Shown: in pieces, positions 39,773-51,888 of the stretch
Layout of the letters: each line of letters opens with the position of its first letter
How positions within the stretch are numbered: position 1 is the first letter of the stretch
Assembly: GCA_050273025.1 (NCBI GenBank)
Contig: CP158635.1
Location: 17,794,001 to 17,858,000 of the forward strand
Direction: 5' to 3'
Length of the DNA: 64,000 nucleotides
DNA from: Cenococcum geophilum
Lineage: Eukaryota
Made by a program: the position numbers and the translations under genes
Notes under the pieces: generated by a model
What the model saw: only the letters and a program-made list of their open reading frames with translations
Told to the model about the DNA's origin: nothing
The model's database searches: none

Positions 39773-40350
39773 ATACCTAAAGCAATTTCTTCTTTATATA
39801 CCTAACGTCGTGCTCGCACTATTGCTGTAATATTATCTCTTAGTGAGATTATACTATCTCTGTATTCTCGTTGCTTAAAAGAGGGGTTAGTTTATATTAC
39901 GTTAGCAAATCCATCTTCGCAATAACCGTCCTTTTATTTAAAGTGCACTAAAGCAAATATTTATTCGTCCTGCGACGTTCGCTTTACCTTTAATGCTAAA
40001 TATACGCGACCTATTACTTTTAATAGTTGTCTAGTTCCCTAATTAATTTGCCTTAGGGTTTTATATTTAATCTACTGCTACGCGGCTAGATAGTAAACTA
40101 TCTTAAGCCCTTACTAAGTTAAAACGTTCTTATAATGTGGAACAGAAGGCCCTAAATACTTATATCGCGGCGTCTGCTCATTTTCTTTATCTTAAAAAGG
40201 TTTATAAGAAGGTCCATTCTAAGGAGTAAAAACTAGTAGAATAAGGTTTATAGGAACTTAGCGATAAAAAAACGGATTCTCTTTTAATAGAGAAGGAAAT
40301 AGATCTAAGTAGTTCGGTGGCTGCTCTTCTTAGGTCCCCCTTAGGTAACT
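39773..40350 (+). pseudogene. Antisense Zn(II)2Cys6-like accessory ORF of Gypsy B
   Basis: Homolog of 35900-36452; it reconstructs to CSRC..(E)GLVC-x13-C..CTKANI.SSCDVR. Confidence 0.65.
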
Positions 40351-43300
40351 TATTCTTTAGCAATCCTTCTTTATTAATACTGCCTAACCTAATCTCTTCC
40401 GATACTCCTGTACCTTTCCTATAGCGTTTTTTAAATTTTCTAGTGGTTCCTAGGTAGTCTTAGTATAGCCTATCTACTTAACCTTATACTATATTTTATT
40501 ATTAACGTCCTTATAACTAATGATCTTTAAAACTTGCCATTTATCTTCTTCCTATCCTCTATACGTATCTGCTTTATAAACTAGTAGCTTAATATTCCCG
40601 TATACTGGCTCTAGCATTACGATATACTATATAGGGTAGATCTTCATTTTAGCTAGTAGGTTTAACTTAAACGTAACCGGTGAAATTCTCTATACGATTT
40701 TAAAAGGTCCTAGTCTAACGTAGTCCAATTTCTTACTTAGTCGTTAACTCTTAAAATTTTTATATAGTAGCTATACTTTATCTCCCTCCTTAAGATCTAG
40801 TCCCTTAGATCTCTTAGTATTATAGTACTTTTTCATTCTTTCTTATACTTTCTTTGCTAATTCTATAAGGTCTATATAAAGATTTATTAACGTCTTTATT
40901 CTTTCTTTAGCTATGCTACTCGTTTTCTTTACTTATTATAATAATAACGATGTTCTTGGCTTATATCTATAATTTACCTTAAATAGTAATATGCCTATTC
41001 CTTCTTAAGGTATTACATTATATATAAACTATATAACTAGTAATAGCGATACCTAATTATTCTATATATAATTGACATAATGCCTTAGATACTGCTTAAG
41101 TGTCTAATTTAGTTTTTCCGTTTAACCGTCTGTTTGCGGATAATATGCGGTAAAAGTTACTGCTCTAACTCCTTACTCCGCTAAGAATACCTCCTAAAAT
41201 ACTGCTATAAATCTTAGATCTCTATCTAATATAATCTTGCTTAGTGCTCTATATCTTATAAATACTTCCTTAATATAGATTCTAGCGACATCTTCTACTA
41301 AGATTTCTTCTATACATGCTATAAAGTATCCCCACTTTATAAGCTTATCTACTATTACTAAGATCGCGTTATAATCTCGTCCGGTGATAGGATCTCTTAA
41401 CTTTAGTAACTTAATAATAAAGTCCCATAATATAACCTCCTATAGTCTCTTTAGTATTTTAACAGGTTATAGCCCTCCATATAGCTTATGCCTTATTAGT
41501 TTATTCCTTTAGTAATCTAAACATTCCTTTATAACTTTTCTTGCTAAGCCCTAGATTTTATTAATAATGTACTCCTTCTGGAGTCTTAACACTAAGCCTA
41601 TGGCCCTATTATATCCTTAAGTTAATCCCTTATAGAACTTGTCTATAAATTGCTTAGCTATGCTTCTTAGGATGTACTTTATTTCTTAATTTTCGTATAT
41701 ATCCGTTTATAGATCTTTTAGCTATACCTCTAGAATTCTTTATACCTAAAAGCTTTCTAGTATCTTATAAACTTTCTTTAGTTTATTACCTTCTTAAGTT
41801 GCTGCAATTTTCGGATAGTTATACCTAATTAATCCGTCTATATCTTTTCGCAGTAAAGCCCCTAATAGCTTTTCGTCATTTTATAGTTTAGCTTTTTAAC
41901 TTAAAGCATCTGCTCTTATATTGTCTATACCCTTAGTATACTAAATCTTAAAATAGTATTCTGTAAGCATCTCTGCCCATCTAACCTATCTTTAGTTAAG
42001 TTCCTTTATTGTTAGGAATCCTATTAGGTTCTTATAATCCGTCTTAATTATAAATAGTTTCTTTATACCTTATAAAAATGCTCTCTATTTCTTTAGTGCT
42101 GTAACTATACCTAATAACTCCTTATTGTAGATATTATAGTTTAACTCTAGTAGTGTTATCTTTCGACTATAGTATGCTACTAGGTGCCATCTATTTTAAT
42201 ATTTCTATATAAAGTACGCCCCTAGTATATAGTTTAATATATTTATCTCTATAACCATCTCTAATCTTAGTTAATAGATCTTAAGAACTAGCTCCTAGGT
42301 AAATAATCTTTTAACTTTCTTAAATAGTTCTTGTTGCTTCTTTCCCCATACCTATAATTCTTCTTTCTTTATTAATTACATAAATGGTTTAATATCCTTT
42401 AACTACTACGCTATAAACCTTCTATAGTAATTGCAAAACCCTAGGAATAACCTTAACTATATTACATTCTCTAGTTCTTACTAATTTACTATAGCCTTAA
42501 TCTTCTTTAGATCTATACTAAGTTAGCCTAGTTTAATAATAAATTTAATAAAATCGGTCTTCCTAGTAAAGAACTTGTATTTCTTAATTACTACTAGCAT
42601 CTATTCTTCTTATAGTCTCTTTAAGACCTATTTAATATGTTCCCCGTATTCTTCCTTAGTTATTAAGTAGATAATAATATTATCGAGGTATACTATAACA
42701 AATTTATCCAAGTATTCTCCTAATATATTATTAATACGCTTCTAAAACGTTGCTAGTGCGTTTATAAGCCTAAATTGCATAACTAATAGTTTATATAGTC
42801 CTTCCTTTAACCTAAAGGCTGCCTTTTATTTATTGCCTTCCTTAATTCTAATCTAATAGTACGCCCATCTTAGATCTATCTTCGTAAAGATTTGCGCGTT
42901 GCCTATCCTATCTTAGATTTCGCTAATTAAGGGTAAAGAATATCTATCCTTCTAAGTAATGCTATTTAACTGTCTATAGTCAATACATAGCCTTAGTTTG
43001 CCATTTTTCTTTAGTATAAACAGTACTGGATAACCCGCTAATAACTGCGATAGTCTAATATATCCCTTTTATAAGTTTTCCTAAATAAACTCTTTTAATA
43101 CTCTACCTTCTTTTTCGGTAAGCTTATAGATTGGAAAGAACTTTAAACTTATCCCTAGTTCCAATTCTATTTTATAGTCCTATACTATATACTCTAACAG
43201 CTTTTTACTTTCTAGTAACTATAGTTTCTTACTATACTTATAGTATCTCTTAGGTACGTAACTTAAGCCTCGCTTAGTCTCTTTATATATTACTCTAACC

Positions 43301-45497
43301 TAGTACTATACTAACTTAGCCTATTATTATATTTTATGGCGTTAAGTATCTCTAATATTAACCTATCCTATAATCTAATTAATCCTTAAATTATATTTCT
43401 ATAACTAAGGCATTTCTAATACTGCCTTATCCCGTCCTAATAGTAGGATATCAAAAGACATCTTAATTTATCTCCCTTTAATGGTTATCTAAATAGGTCC
43501 TATTTTAAGGTTAATAATCCCTCCTCCATAGGCTATTAAATCTCCTAAAATCGTAACTAATAGGTAAGGTTGCTCCTTTTATCTGTAAGGTAAACCTATT
43601 CTCTTAACTACTACTAGTAAAATATAGTTTCGTATTACTCCACTATCTATTAGCGCTTTAAACTGCTAATCTTGCTATTTAACTTATAAATTTAAGTATT
43701 GTTCTTAAATTCCTTTAAGGGTCTAAGGCTCTACTACTAGCTCCCTCTAGTCCTGTAGGCCTTTACTTTTCCTAACTATTAGCTGCTTAATCCTTATATA
43801 CTTGTCTTACTCTTTAGCTAATACCTAGTTTGCTTTTTATCTTCTATATACTATAGACACGTATTCTCTAAGTATTCCTACCACTATTATTTATGTAAGC
43901 ATTCTTCCGTAAGGAATCTTCCTAGTTAAAGTATTAAATTTCCTTCCTCTTAGATTTCTACTGGATGCTAGCCGTGTATATACTTAGCATTTCTATATTA
44001 TTACTTATCCTATATCCAATATATCCTCATAGGGTATTTCCAATTCTTTTCCTTTGGATTCTTATGCATCTCGTATATATTATCTACGCATGTAATCTAT
44101 AATAGCGTATAGTATACTAGGTGCTTTAGGTTAACTCTTAACTTATTTTTATCTTTAAGTTTAAACCTTTATTGTGCTAATTTAAATATTATAACTTTAT
44201 TTATAGGTACTAAGATACGTCTTTCGCTTCTCTAGTCTTCTAATTATTTCTTTAGATCCTTTAACGTTATAATTAAGGCTCCTTTAATATAACTTATAGC
44301 CTTTTCTATAATTAGGTAGTTCTAGATAACTCTTTTATCTAACTATATATAGAAATCTTTCTACTTATCGTTACGTCGCTGTCTATACCACTTTTAGTAC
44401 AGCTATTAGAGTGTATACAGCTTGTCCGTAAGGAAGTATCTTCTTATTACTATATTATAATAGCCCTTTATATATTGTTCTTTAAACCTAGTAGAAATTC
44501 CTAAATCCTCTTTATTTTTTAGTTTGGTAAGCCACTTAGCTCTTAGTATACCTACCCTAGGCCTATTAATAATTCTTTATACTAGCGCTTTGTCCCTTAT
44601 ACGTCCTAATATACTAGATCTCTTATCTAGTTTCTATTCTTGCTATATAATAATTCTTTACCTAAACTCTTCTATGGTTTCTTTTAGTTTATATCTTATA
44701 GATTAATCCTTAAAGTTATCTTGCTTCTTAATCCTAGTATTAACTCTTTAATCTTTAGGCCGAATACTATATTCCCCTAGTAAGTCTTCTAGGTCTATAT
44801 ACCTGTCTCCCAGTCTAGTTACTATTTGCGCTATAGATTCTCTAATCTATAAAGAAGCCTCTTGCCTCTTATTTATGGGTTCCCTTCTATCTATCGCAGT
44901 CACGTAAGGGGATATTTAATTTTTGTATAATTGGGAGGCGTAGGGCTATAAGGTCGCTCTAGGGCTAGTTCTTAGCAGTTTTGCTAGTTCCTAGCACTTA
45001 AATCTGCTAAGGATTTGCCCTAAAGCGGCCAGATATCCCTAACTGCAAGCCTATAGCTGCAAGACTATCTAACTATAGTGGTCGCATTAAGGCTGGCTCT
45101 TAGTAGTTTTGCTAGTTCCTAGCACCTACTAAAGAATTGCCTTAAAGCGCTATCTATATATAATGTATACTGAGTATAAGGGATAGCGGGTGGGGAAAGC
45201 GAATTAGCTACGTAGTGACTGCGTTTAATATTCGCGAATATTATAGGAGGTCTTAGCATTATACGTTACTAAGGTAAATGCTGCCAACCAATATATAAAC
45301 ACTAGTATCTATCTATCGCAGTTACGTAAGGGGATATTCAATTCCCGCACAATTAGGAGGCACAGGGCTACAAGGCCGCCCTAGGGCTAGTTCTTAGCAG
45401 TTTTGCTAGTTCCTAGCACTTAAATCTGCTAAGGATTTGCCCTAAAGCGGCTAGATATCCCTAAGCGAAGCTCCTACGCCCAACAAGACATTACCGC

Positions 45498-45665
45498 ATT
45501 CTGCTATATTCTGCTAAATTCTGCTACCTTATCACATTCTGCCAAATTCTGCCACCTTATCGCATTCTGCCAAATTCTGCCACATTATCGCATTCTGCCA
45601 AATTCTACTACATTATTGCATTCTGCCAAGTTCTGCCATATTATTGTATTCTGCCATATTCTACC
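45498..45665. repeat. 28-bp tandem array (TTCTGCCAAATTCTGCCACCTTATCGCA), about 6 copies
   Basis: Directly visible in the Ngaro 3' untranslated region. Confidence 0.88.
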
Positions 45666-45799
45666 AACCCTAAGTTATAAGCCAACTAATTAGAATTTTC
45701 CATGCCTGGCATAGAAAATCGCTATTAGCTCGCTTACCACTAGCGCCTTAGCGGCCCTCTTAACATCTTAACCTACTACGTAGTAATCCTTACGCTAAA

Positions 45800-46760
45800 A
45801 GCGGTACACTACGCTAAAAGTAAGAGTTAAGGCGATAGAGGTTAGTGGTCTTAGTCCTAATATATAGGCAAAAGGCTTCTAATAACCACTAACCTAGCTG
45901 CTAAATTTACTAATATAAACACCCTAAATCTTTAGTAAACTAGGCAGCGCCCCAGCGGAAGGAGTGGTTTAAGTAACTACTTAAGTTAATCCCAGCAGCT
46001 ATTAAATAGAAGGAAAGGATCTTGCAAACCCCTAAAGAGGTAAAGGGTTTACTATTAAGACTAAATAAGGGAGAGTTAAGGGGTTAAGGGTCCCTATTAA
46101 ACAGCTTTATTATAGTAGCGACTAGGCATAATAGGCCGCCTACCGCTGTAATAGTGACGTTAACGCCCTAGTATTACTTATTGGCTTTACTCCATTTAAG
46201 GCGGAATGTTATCCTACTAGGCGTAAAGGTGATATTATATTAAGTGGCCTTTTTCGCTAGGAAGGTTGTTTAGTTCTTAAGCTCCGCTATAGTGTATATA
46301 ATCTCGCCTATCTATAGAAATCCAGCAAATACAAGGGTAAATGCGATATTAGTATTAACATCCAGTAGTAATAAGCCGTGTATTACTACCTAGGCTAGAA
46401 TATCCCTAGTAATCGGTGTACTATAGGATCCTTAAATACTATAATTAAGATGCTGTAATCCACGTGGCGTAAGCAAATTGCGGAAATATAGGCTTATAAG
46501 GTTTCGGCCTTAAGCCTACCTATCTATAGCTAGGAGGTACTAAACGCATAGCAGGCAATCTATTCGCCTAGTTTACGCGGCTTAGCTGGGTAGGGGGAGA
46601 CTTCTTTAAGTACGCAGTATAACTCCTAGCTATTAACTGCTAAGGAATAGTTCCTATAGGTTGCTGGCGTAAGGCCGTTCCAGAGAAGGAGCGTATAAAG
46701 GTTAAATAGCGCGTTAATATTATCTTTAAAGTTTATAGGCAGTTATAAGTAGTCTATTAG
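45800..46760 (-). pseudogene. Tyrosine recombinase of the Ngaro element
   Basis: Motifs are AFTLVFAGFL(R)IGE, LK.SK, HSFR.GAA (~45950-45975) and G(R)W.(S)EAF.LY. Confidence 0.88.
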
Positions 46761-46849
46761 GTTTACGGCACCTATTAAAAACTTATTAGCTTTAGTAGTA
46801 ATAAATTAAGGGCCTAGTATAGGTAGAACTAATAGATAGCCGCGGCCTG

Positions 46850-48400
46850 GAATTAAGATAGTGTATTAGCTAAGCTATTTAAATTACCTAGGATCCACTT
46901 CGCGGATATTATAATATCGTAAGCTATAGCAGCTAGCATAATCTTACGGAGCGATTCGTTTGCTACGCTACGGATAATAGTCTTCTTAATGCCCTAGTAA
47001 ACCACTATACTATTAGTGTAAATAAATAGCGCGCTATGCTACTAGTTGGTAGACTATAGATTAAATGCGTAAGCAATAGTATATATCTCTTTTAGATTAA
47101 TATGGTCTACTTATTAACTGGGCTTAGGTAATATACTAAACGCCTAAAATTAAGGGAGGTTGGCTGTGTACCACTGCTAGTTATCCTTATATTTAAGTTC
47201 CTTAAAAAAGTAAAAGCCACCAAACCTAAACCGGGTAAAGGCGTTAGTAAAGAGATAAATATAGGTACGCTTAACGTCGTTAAAAAACAATACCCCATTA
47301 CTTATAGTAAGTAGGTTAAGCTAGACACATAAGTCACTTCGCAACTTAGTGCTAAATTACCTAGGTTTATACTTATTTACTAGAGTCTCCGGCTAAGTAG
47401 TAATAAAGATTTAAAGGGATCTAAAGTAAGATTAACTAAGTTTAATTACGTGGGCGCACTATATAAGGTAGCCCGTAAGCTACTAGACTTAAAGGAACAA
47501 TAATAAGCCGTATTAGAGTGCGGTAGTGACTTTCTTAATAATATATAATTGTTTCTGTAGTAATAATCACGTTTATATTTATATAGTGTTAATAGTATAT
47601 CCTAGAACTTTAATAATAGTTCCTACTATATCTTTAGAGCCATTTTAAGGGATACTTAGGGAGTTAGTAACAGAGATATAAGTTTAGGTAATAGCTGCTA
47701 AGTTATTCAGGTTGGCAAGGATAAAGATAAAATCATCTAGGTAGTATTCCACCTTATAAGGCAGTTATAAATAGAGTATCTAGTATAGGCCTTCCGCGAA
47801 GAGGTTAAATATAAGCGGCGCAGTTTAAAGACTAAAGGATAGGTAGTATTCCTAGTAGGTAATACCTTCCTAGGAGAAGCCTATTAATGTTCTTACCCTA
47901 TAAGATAGGGGGACTATACAGAACGTATCTTTAATATCTCTTTTAAGCAGTAGATATCCACAACCTGCAGAAATAATATGGGCTTAAATAGCGGTAACTA
48001 TAGTGTATACTAGTGCTCCATATTCTTTTAGGATTGCGTTATTAACTAAAGATGCTAGTGGAAAGGAGAGATTGTAAATTCGGTGGTATCCTCTATCCGA
48101 TTTTAGTACTAGGCTAAGAGGTAAGACTATAATAGGCCCTGTCGCGATTCTAATATATCCTTTTTTAAGGTCTAATATTATCTTCTTAGAGATAAGGTCA
48201 ATATTATCCTAAGAGGAGTTATAGTTCCTATAAGATCTTAGGGTAGGGATAGACTTAGCTCCTATCTCGCAGCTATAGGTTAGGATACCTACTAAGGTAG
48301 CTAGTAAATTGCCTAGGTAGTTAGATAGAAGGAAGTGCCACGCTAAGATCCTTAGGGGTAATAGAGAGTAGTGGAGAGCCTTCGCCTCTATAAAGGTAGA
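46850..48400 (-). pseudogene. Ngaro reverse transcriptase + RNase H
   Basis: Motifs are VEYYLDDFIF (~47725-47755), L.F(G)L.TAP.IFNLFAEGL, HINLKE and KWI(P)G..NSLA(D).LS. Confidence 0.9.
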
Positions 48401-48419
48401 GAATAATAGTAACATATTA

Positions 48420-49260
48420 GGCCTAGGTCCTAGGCATATAATTAAAGTTAGTGTTATTATTAGGCTAGACCCTACTTTATAAGGTTGGCCTTACTATTCC
48501 TAGTATACAACCTAGGTCTCTTTAAGGCGGCAAAGCTAATAGCACTAGATATTGTAAGGTATAGCGCTATATACTAGGCTAGCATTTACTAATTAGTGGG
48601 CTTTAGTTAGCCATTAGTTATTATAAAGGTATAATAGTTAAGTGCTAAGTCGAGTATATAACCTACCTAGATATACTAGGTTAATAAGGTATAAATTATA
48701 TTTATCTAAAGAAGTATGCTAGCGATAAGGTCCAGCGGGCATATATAAAGGGTGCTAGTAATAACCACGTAGTTAGTAAAACCTTTAAACTAGACACCTT
48801 TATCTATAAATAGCTTCCTATTTACCTTTGCCTTTCTTATAACTAGAGTACCATTCTTAATCCATATCTTATTAGCGATTTTAATTTAAGTAGTATAGAC
48901 TTAAAGACGGGCGAGGTTTACTGGATTAAAGGTACCCTTAAAAATATCCAGGTAATCCCTTTTTATAACGCCAAAAAGGCGGAGTTTAAGCAACTTTATA
49001 CTAGGAGGGAGAGGCTCACTAAGAATATTAGCTATAGTAGCTATTATAGTAACCTATAAGGCCAAAGCGGCTAAGCCTAACTATAATTAAGCCATTTAAG
49101 CTAGGTGGTATTTATACTGGCAAGTCTCCTCCACTAGGCGGGCTTTGCTCTCTTCCTTATACTTCTAAATCTCCCTTTTATTTTAGGCTTGTTCCCTTTA
49201 CTCTTTAGCAATTTCGCGCTCTTTTACAGCAGCGGCGCGTATATTAGCCTTAGACGGCAT
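48420..49260 (-). pseudogene. Ngaro gag-like ORF1
   Basis: The ATG at 49260 gives MPSKANIRAAA, and the ORF lies upstream of RT. Confidence 0.55.
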
Positions 49261-51888
49261 TATAGAACTAGTAGAGGAGGGTATAGCGGTTATAGACGAT
49301 GGTGTAGTTAAGGTAGGTCGTCTAGGTGGGTTTGCTTATTAGGATTATATACGCGTATAAATCTCCTAGTTAGTTATAAGCGGTAATAGCGTTATAAAAT
49401 AATTCTTAAACGAATAGATAATGAATGTATAATAAATATTAATAAGTTTAGCGATATTAAAAGCGAATTAGCCACGTAGTAACTGCGTTTAATATTCGCG
49501 AATATTGCAGGAGGTCTTAGCATTATGCGTTGCTAAGGTAGATGCTGCCAAGCAATATATAGACGCTAGTATATTTATACTCTAAATCTTTAGTCCCTTA
49601 GATTTTTCGATCCTAAGCTTGCTTCTAACTTAAGCTTAGCTTCAGCCTTAGTCTAACTAGGCTTACTTAGTATTCTTATCTTGTCTTAAGAGTCTTAAAT
49701 CTCACTTATCTCGTCTTAAGAATCTTATACCTTTAGGAAACTTCATCCTAAGCTTATTCGTATATTACTAAACTAAGCCGTTACTCTGCCCTATCGGTTA
49801 TCGTCCATTATAGGTCCTTAAGCTTACCTTATCTCGTCTTAAGAATCTTAGTTGTCTTACATCTCGTCTTAAAAATCTTAAACCTTTAACCTTTTACCTT
49901 TATTGAGTGCCGAAGTAGCTCACTATCCTACTTCTTCTACATCTTATAAAGCGATAGACATTATATCTAGTAGGGTTTTAATCCCTACTAATGTTCCCTA
50001 TTCTATAGTGGAATTATCCTCTTCCTCTAGTATAATATCTTTAATAGCTGCGCGTTCCTAGTAAACCGCTTTTATTACCTTATTATTACGAAATACTTCG
50101 CCTTTATTAAATTTATCGTCCTTAATATCTAATCTACGAGCTAGTTTGTTAGTTCCTTAATATTTTAATAAACTTAGCTCCTATGGCCAATAGCTTACGC
50201 TATATTTAGCGTCCTTATAAATTTAGTATACGTTATTATAACAAAACGCAAAACTTCTAATTAAACATTCTTTTATTCCTTGCAGTATATTATCATCCCT
50301 CTATATATATATATTGTCTACTAGTCTCATGCCTTTTACTATATAGTAACTCTGCCCACTTCTACAGTCTCTAACATAATAACCCTATTTTCCGCAATTT
50401 ATGCAAGCTCCCTCTTTAAACCATTTTTCTTATTATGGAGTCCGCCTAAACGTCTTCTGCTGCTAAGATCCCTAGTTTAGCCTCTGCTCCTTAAACCTTT
50501 AATCACTTAATTCTTATCCCCTAGGTTTCTATAGTTGTTTACTCTATTTCTTATAGGCTTCTTTAGTACCGCTTAGGTTTATTAGCTCTACGCCATACTA
50601 TAATTTCTAACTTAGCTTTAGTTATTACGTACTCTACGCCTTATATAACTATAGAACTTTATCCTAACCTCTCTTAGCCTATTCTCTTTAGTAGATCCAA
50701 TTATTAATCTTAATCGCTTAATCTATTAGTTCCCTTAGGGTATCCGTATCTTCTATTAGAATAATTACGTCCTAGACTTTAGCCTTAAGTCCCTATTTAT
50801 ACTGTGCTATAAGCGCCCTATTATTCCACTCTATTTATATTACTAATGTCTAGAACTATATTATATACTTAATCGCTAAGGTTCATTACGTAATATCTTA
50901 GAGTTTTCTTTCCGCTATAGTTACTGCCTCTAGGTCTCTAAATATTTGTATAAGTCACTTTACAAATCCATTTTAGCTTAAGAACATAAACTGTACCTCT
51001 TGGTTCGTTATCGTCATTCTATTTACCTGGATTTCCGTAAGGTAAGGCTTGAACTATTTAAGTGCTCTTCCTGTTAAGAACAATCCTATATACACTATTT
51101 AATCTATAAATATTGCCAGCTTTACTCCTTCTTATGCAACTTTAAAATACATTTACGTAAGAAATTCTTTAAGCTTTAACTTCTCTCCTGAAAATCTTTT
51201 AATTAATAGTAACTTAACCTTTGCTACGCCTATCCCGTTAATCCTATTTTCCAACGTTACATTATTTTTTATTAACTGGTTAACTATCTCTTATAGTTGT
51301 CTAACCATTATAGGTTGCTATAAGTTAGTATCTGCTATACTAGTGTCGTTACCTAACCTTAAAGTAGTTGCCGCCGTTAATAGCTTTATGGTAGCTGCTT
51401 TTAGTGGCATGTTATTTAACTTATTGTGTTTAATACTGTAACTATAGTAGTAATTATATAACGGAACCTTGTAGTAGGAACTACAATGGGCTTCGTTAAT
51501 AGGCTAGGTGTGTAAAAAAATATAAAGATAATAGTTAACAACGTAATAATAACTGGTGGAGTAGTTGCCTAATAGATTAACTCTAATTGTATTCTAAGAA
51601 TTACTATAAGGAAGAAACTATCTAGGTAAGGACTAAGGGTCCTTAAATACACAACTGTACTCCTATAAAATTCTTCTTATACATAATATACGTCTTATAT
51701 ATAAGGTACGTGAGTTCCTCTTGTTCCTCTCGTTTAATACGTAGCATATTATATAACCTTAGCTACTATTCCTCGTCATATAGTTCTATCGGCTCCATCC
51801 TAGACCGTGCCTAAATTAACTAACTAGCTTCTTCTAACTCCTCTCCAAGTAGTCATAACATTGTACTTAAAGCGTCCATAATAATAAT

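Larger units (their letters stand above)
44887..49572 (-). mobile_element. Ngaro-type tyrosine-recombinase retrotransposon
   Basis: Split direct repeats run A1 (49460-49572) - ORFs - B1 (45309-45465) - A2 (45196-45308) - B2 (44887-45042). There is no TSD, and the host flanks rejoin to match Gypsy A (TATAAATAAGG). Confidence 0.92.
40370..51410 (-). pseudogene. Gypsy B gag-pol (interrupted by the Ngaro element)
   Basis: RT YLD(D)II lies near 42690 and [12 protein letters not shown] near 42980. Integrase and chromodomain span 40400-41400. Confidence 0.9.
39239..51883 (-). mobile_element. Gypsy B (chromovirus, same family as Gypsy A), inverted, nested in Gypsy C
   Basis: It has ~426-bp LTRs at 39239-39664 and 51457-51883 and TSD ATAAT. 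It is the reverse-complement homolog of Gypsy A throughout. Confidence 0.96.

Noticed and set aside
44871..44876. ATTTAT as a 6-bp TSD of the Ngaro element
   Set aside because: Comparison with Gypsy A and the internal B/A junction puts the left boundary at 44887, so the match is coincidental.
45800..46760. Tyrosine recombinase as a Starship captain or Crypton
   Set aside because: It lies directly downstream of RT/RNase H within split direct repeats, so it belongs to an Ngaro retroelement.
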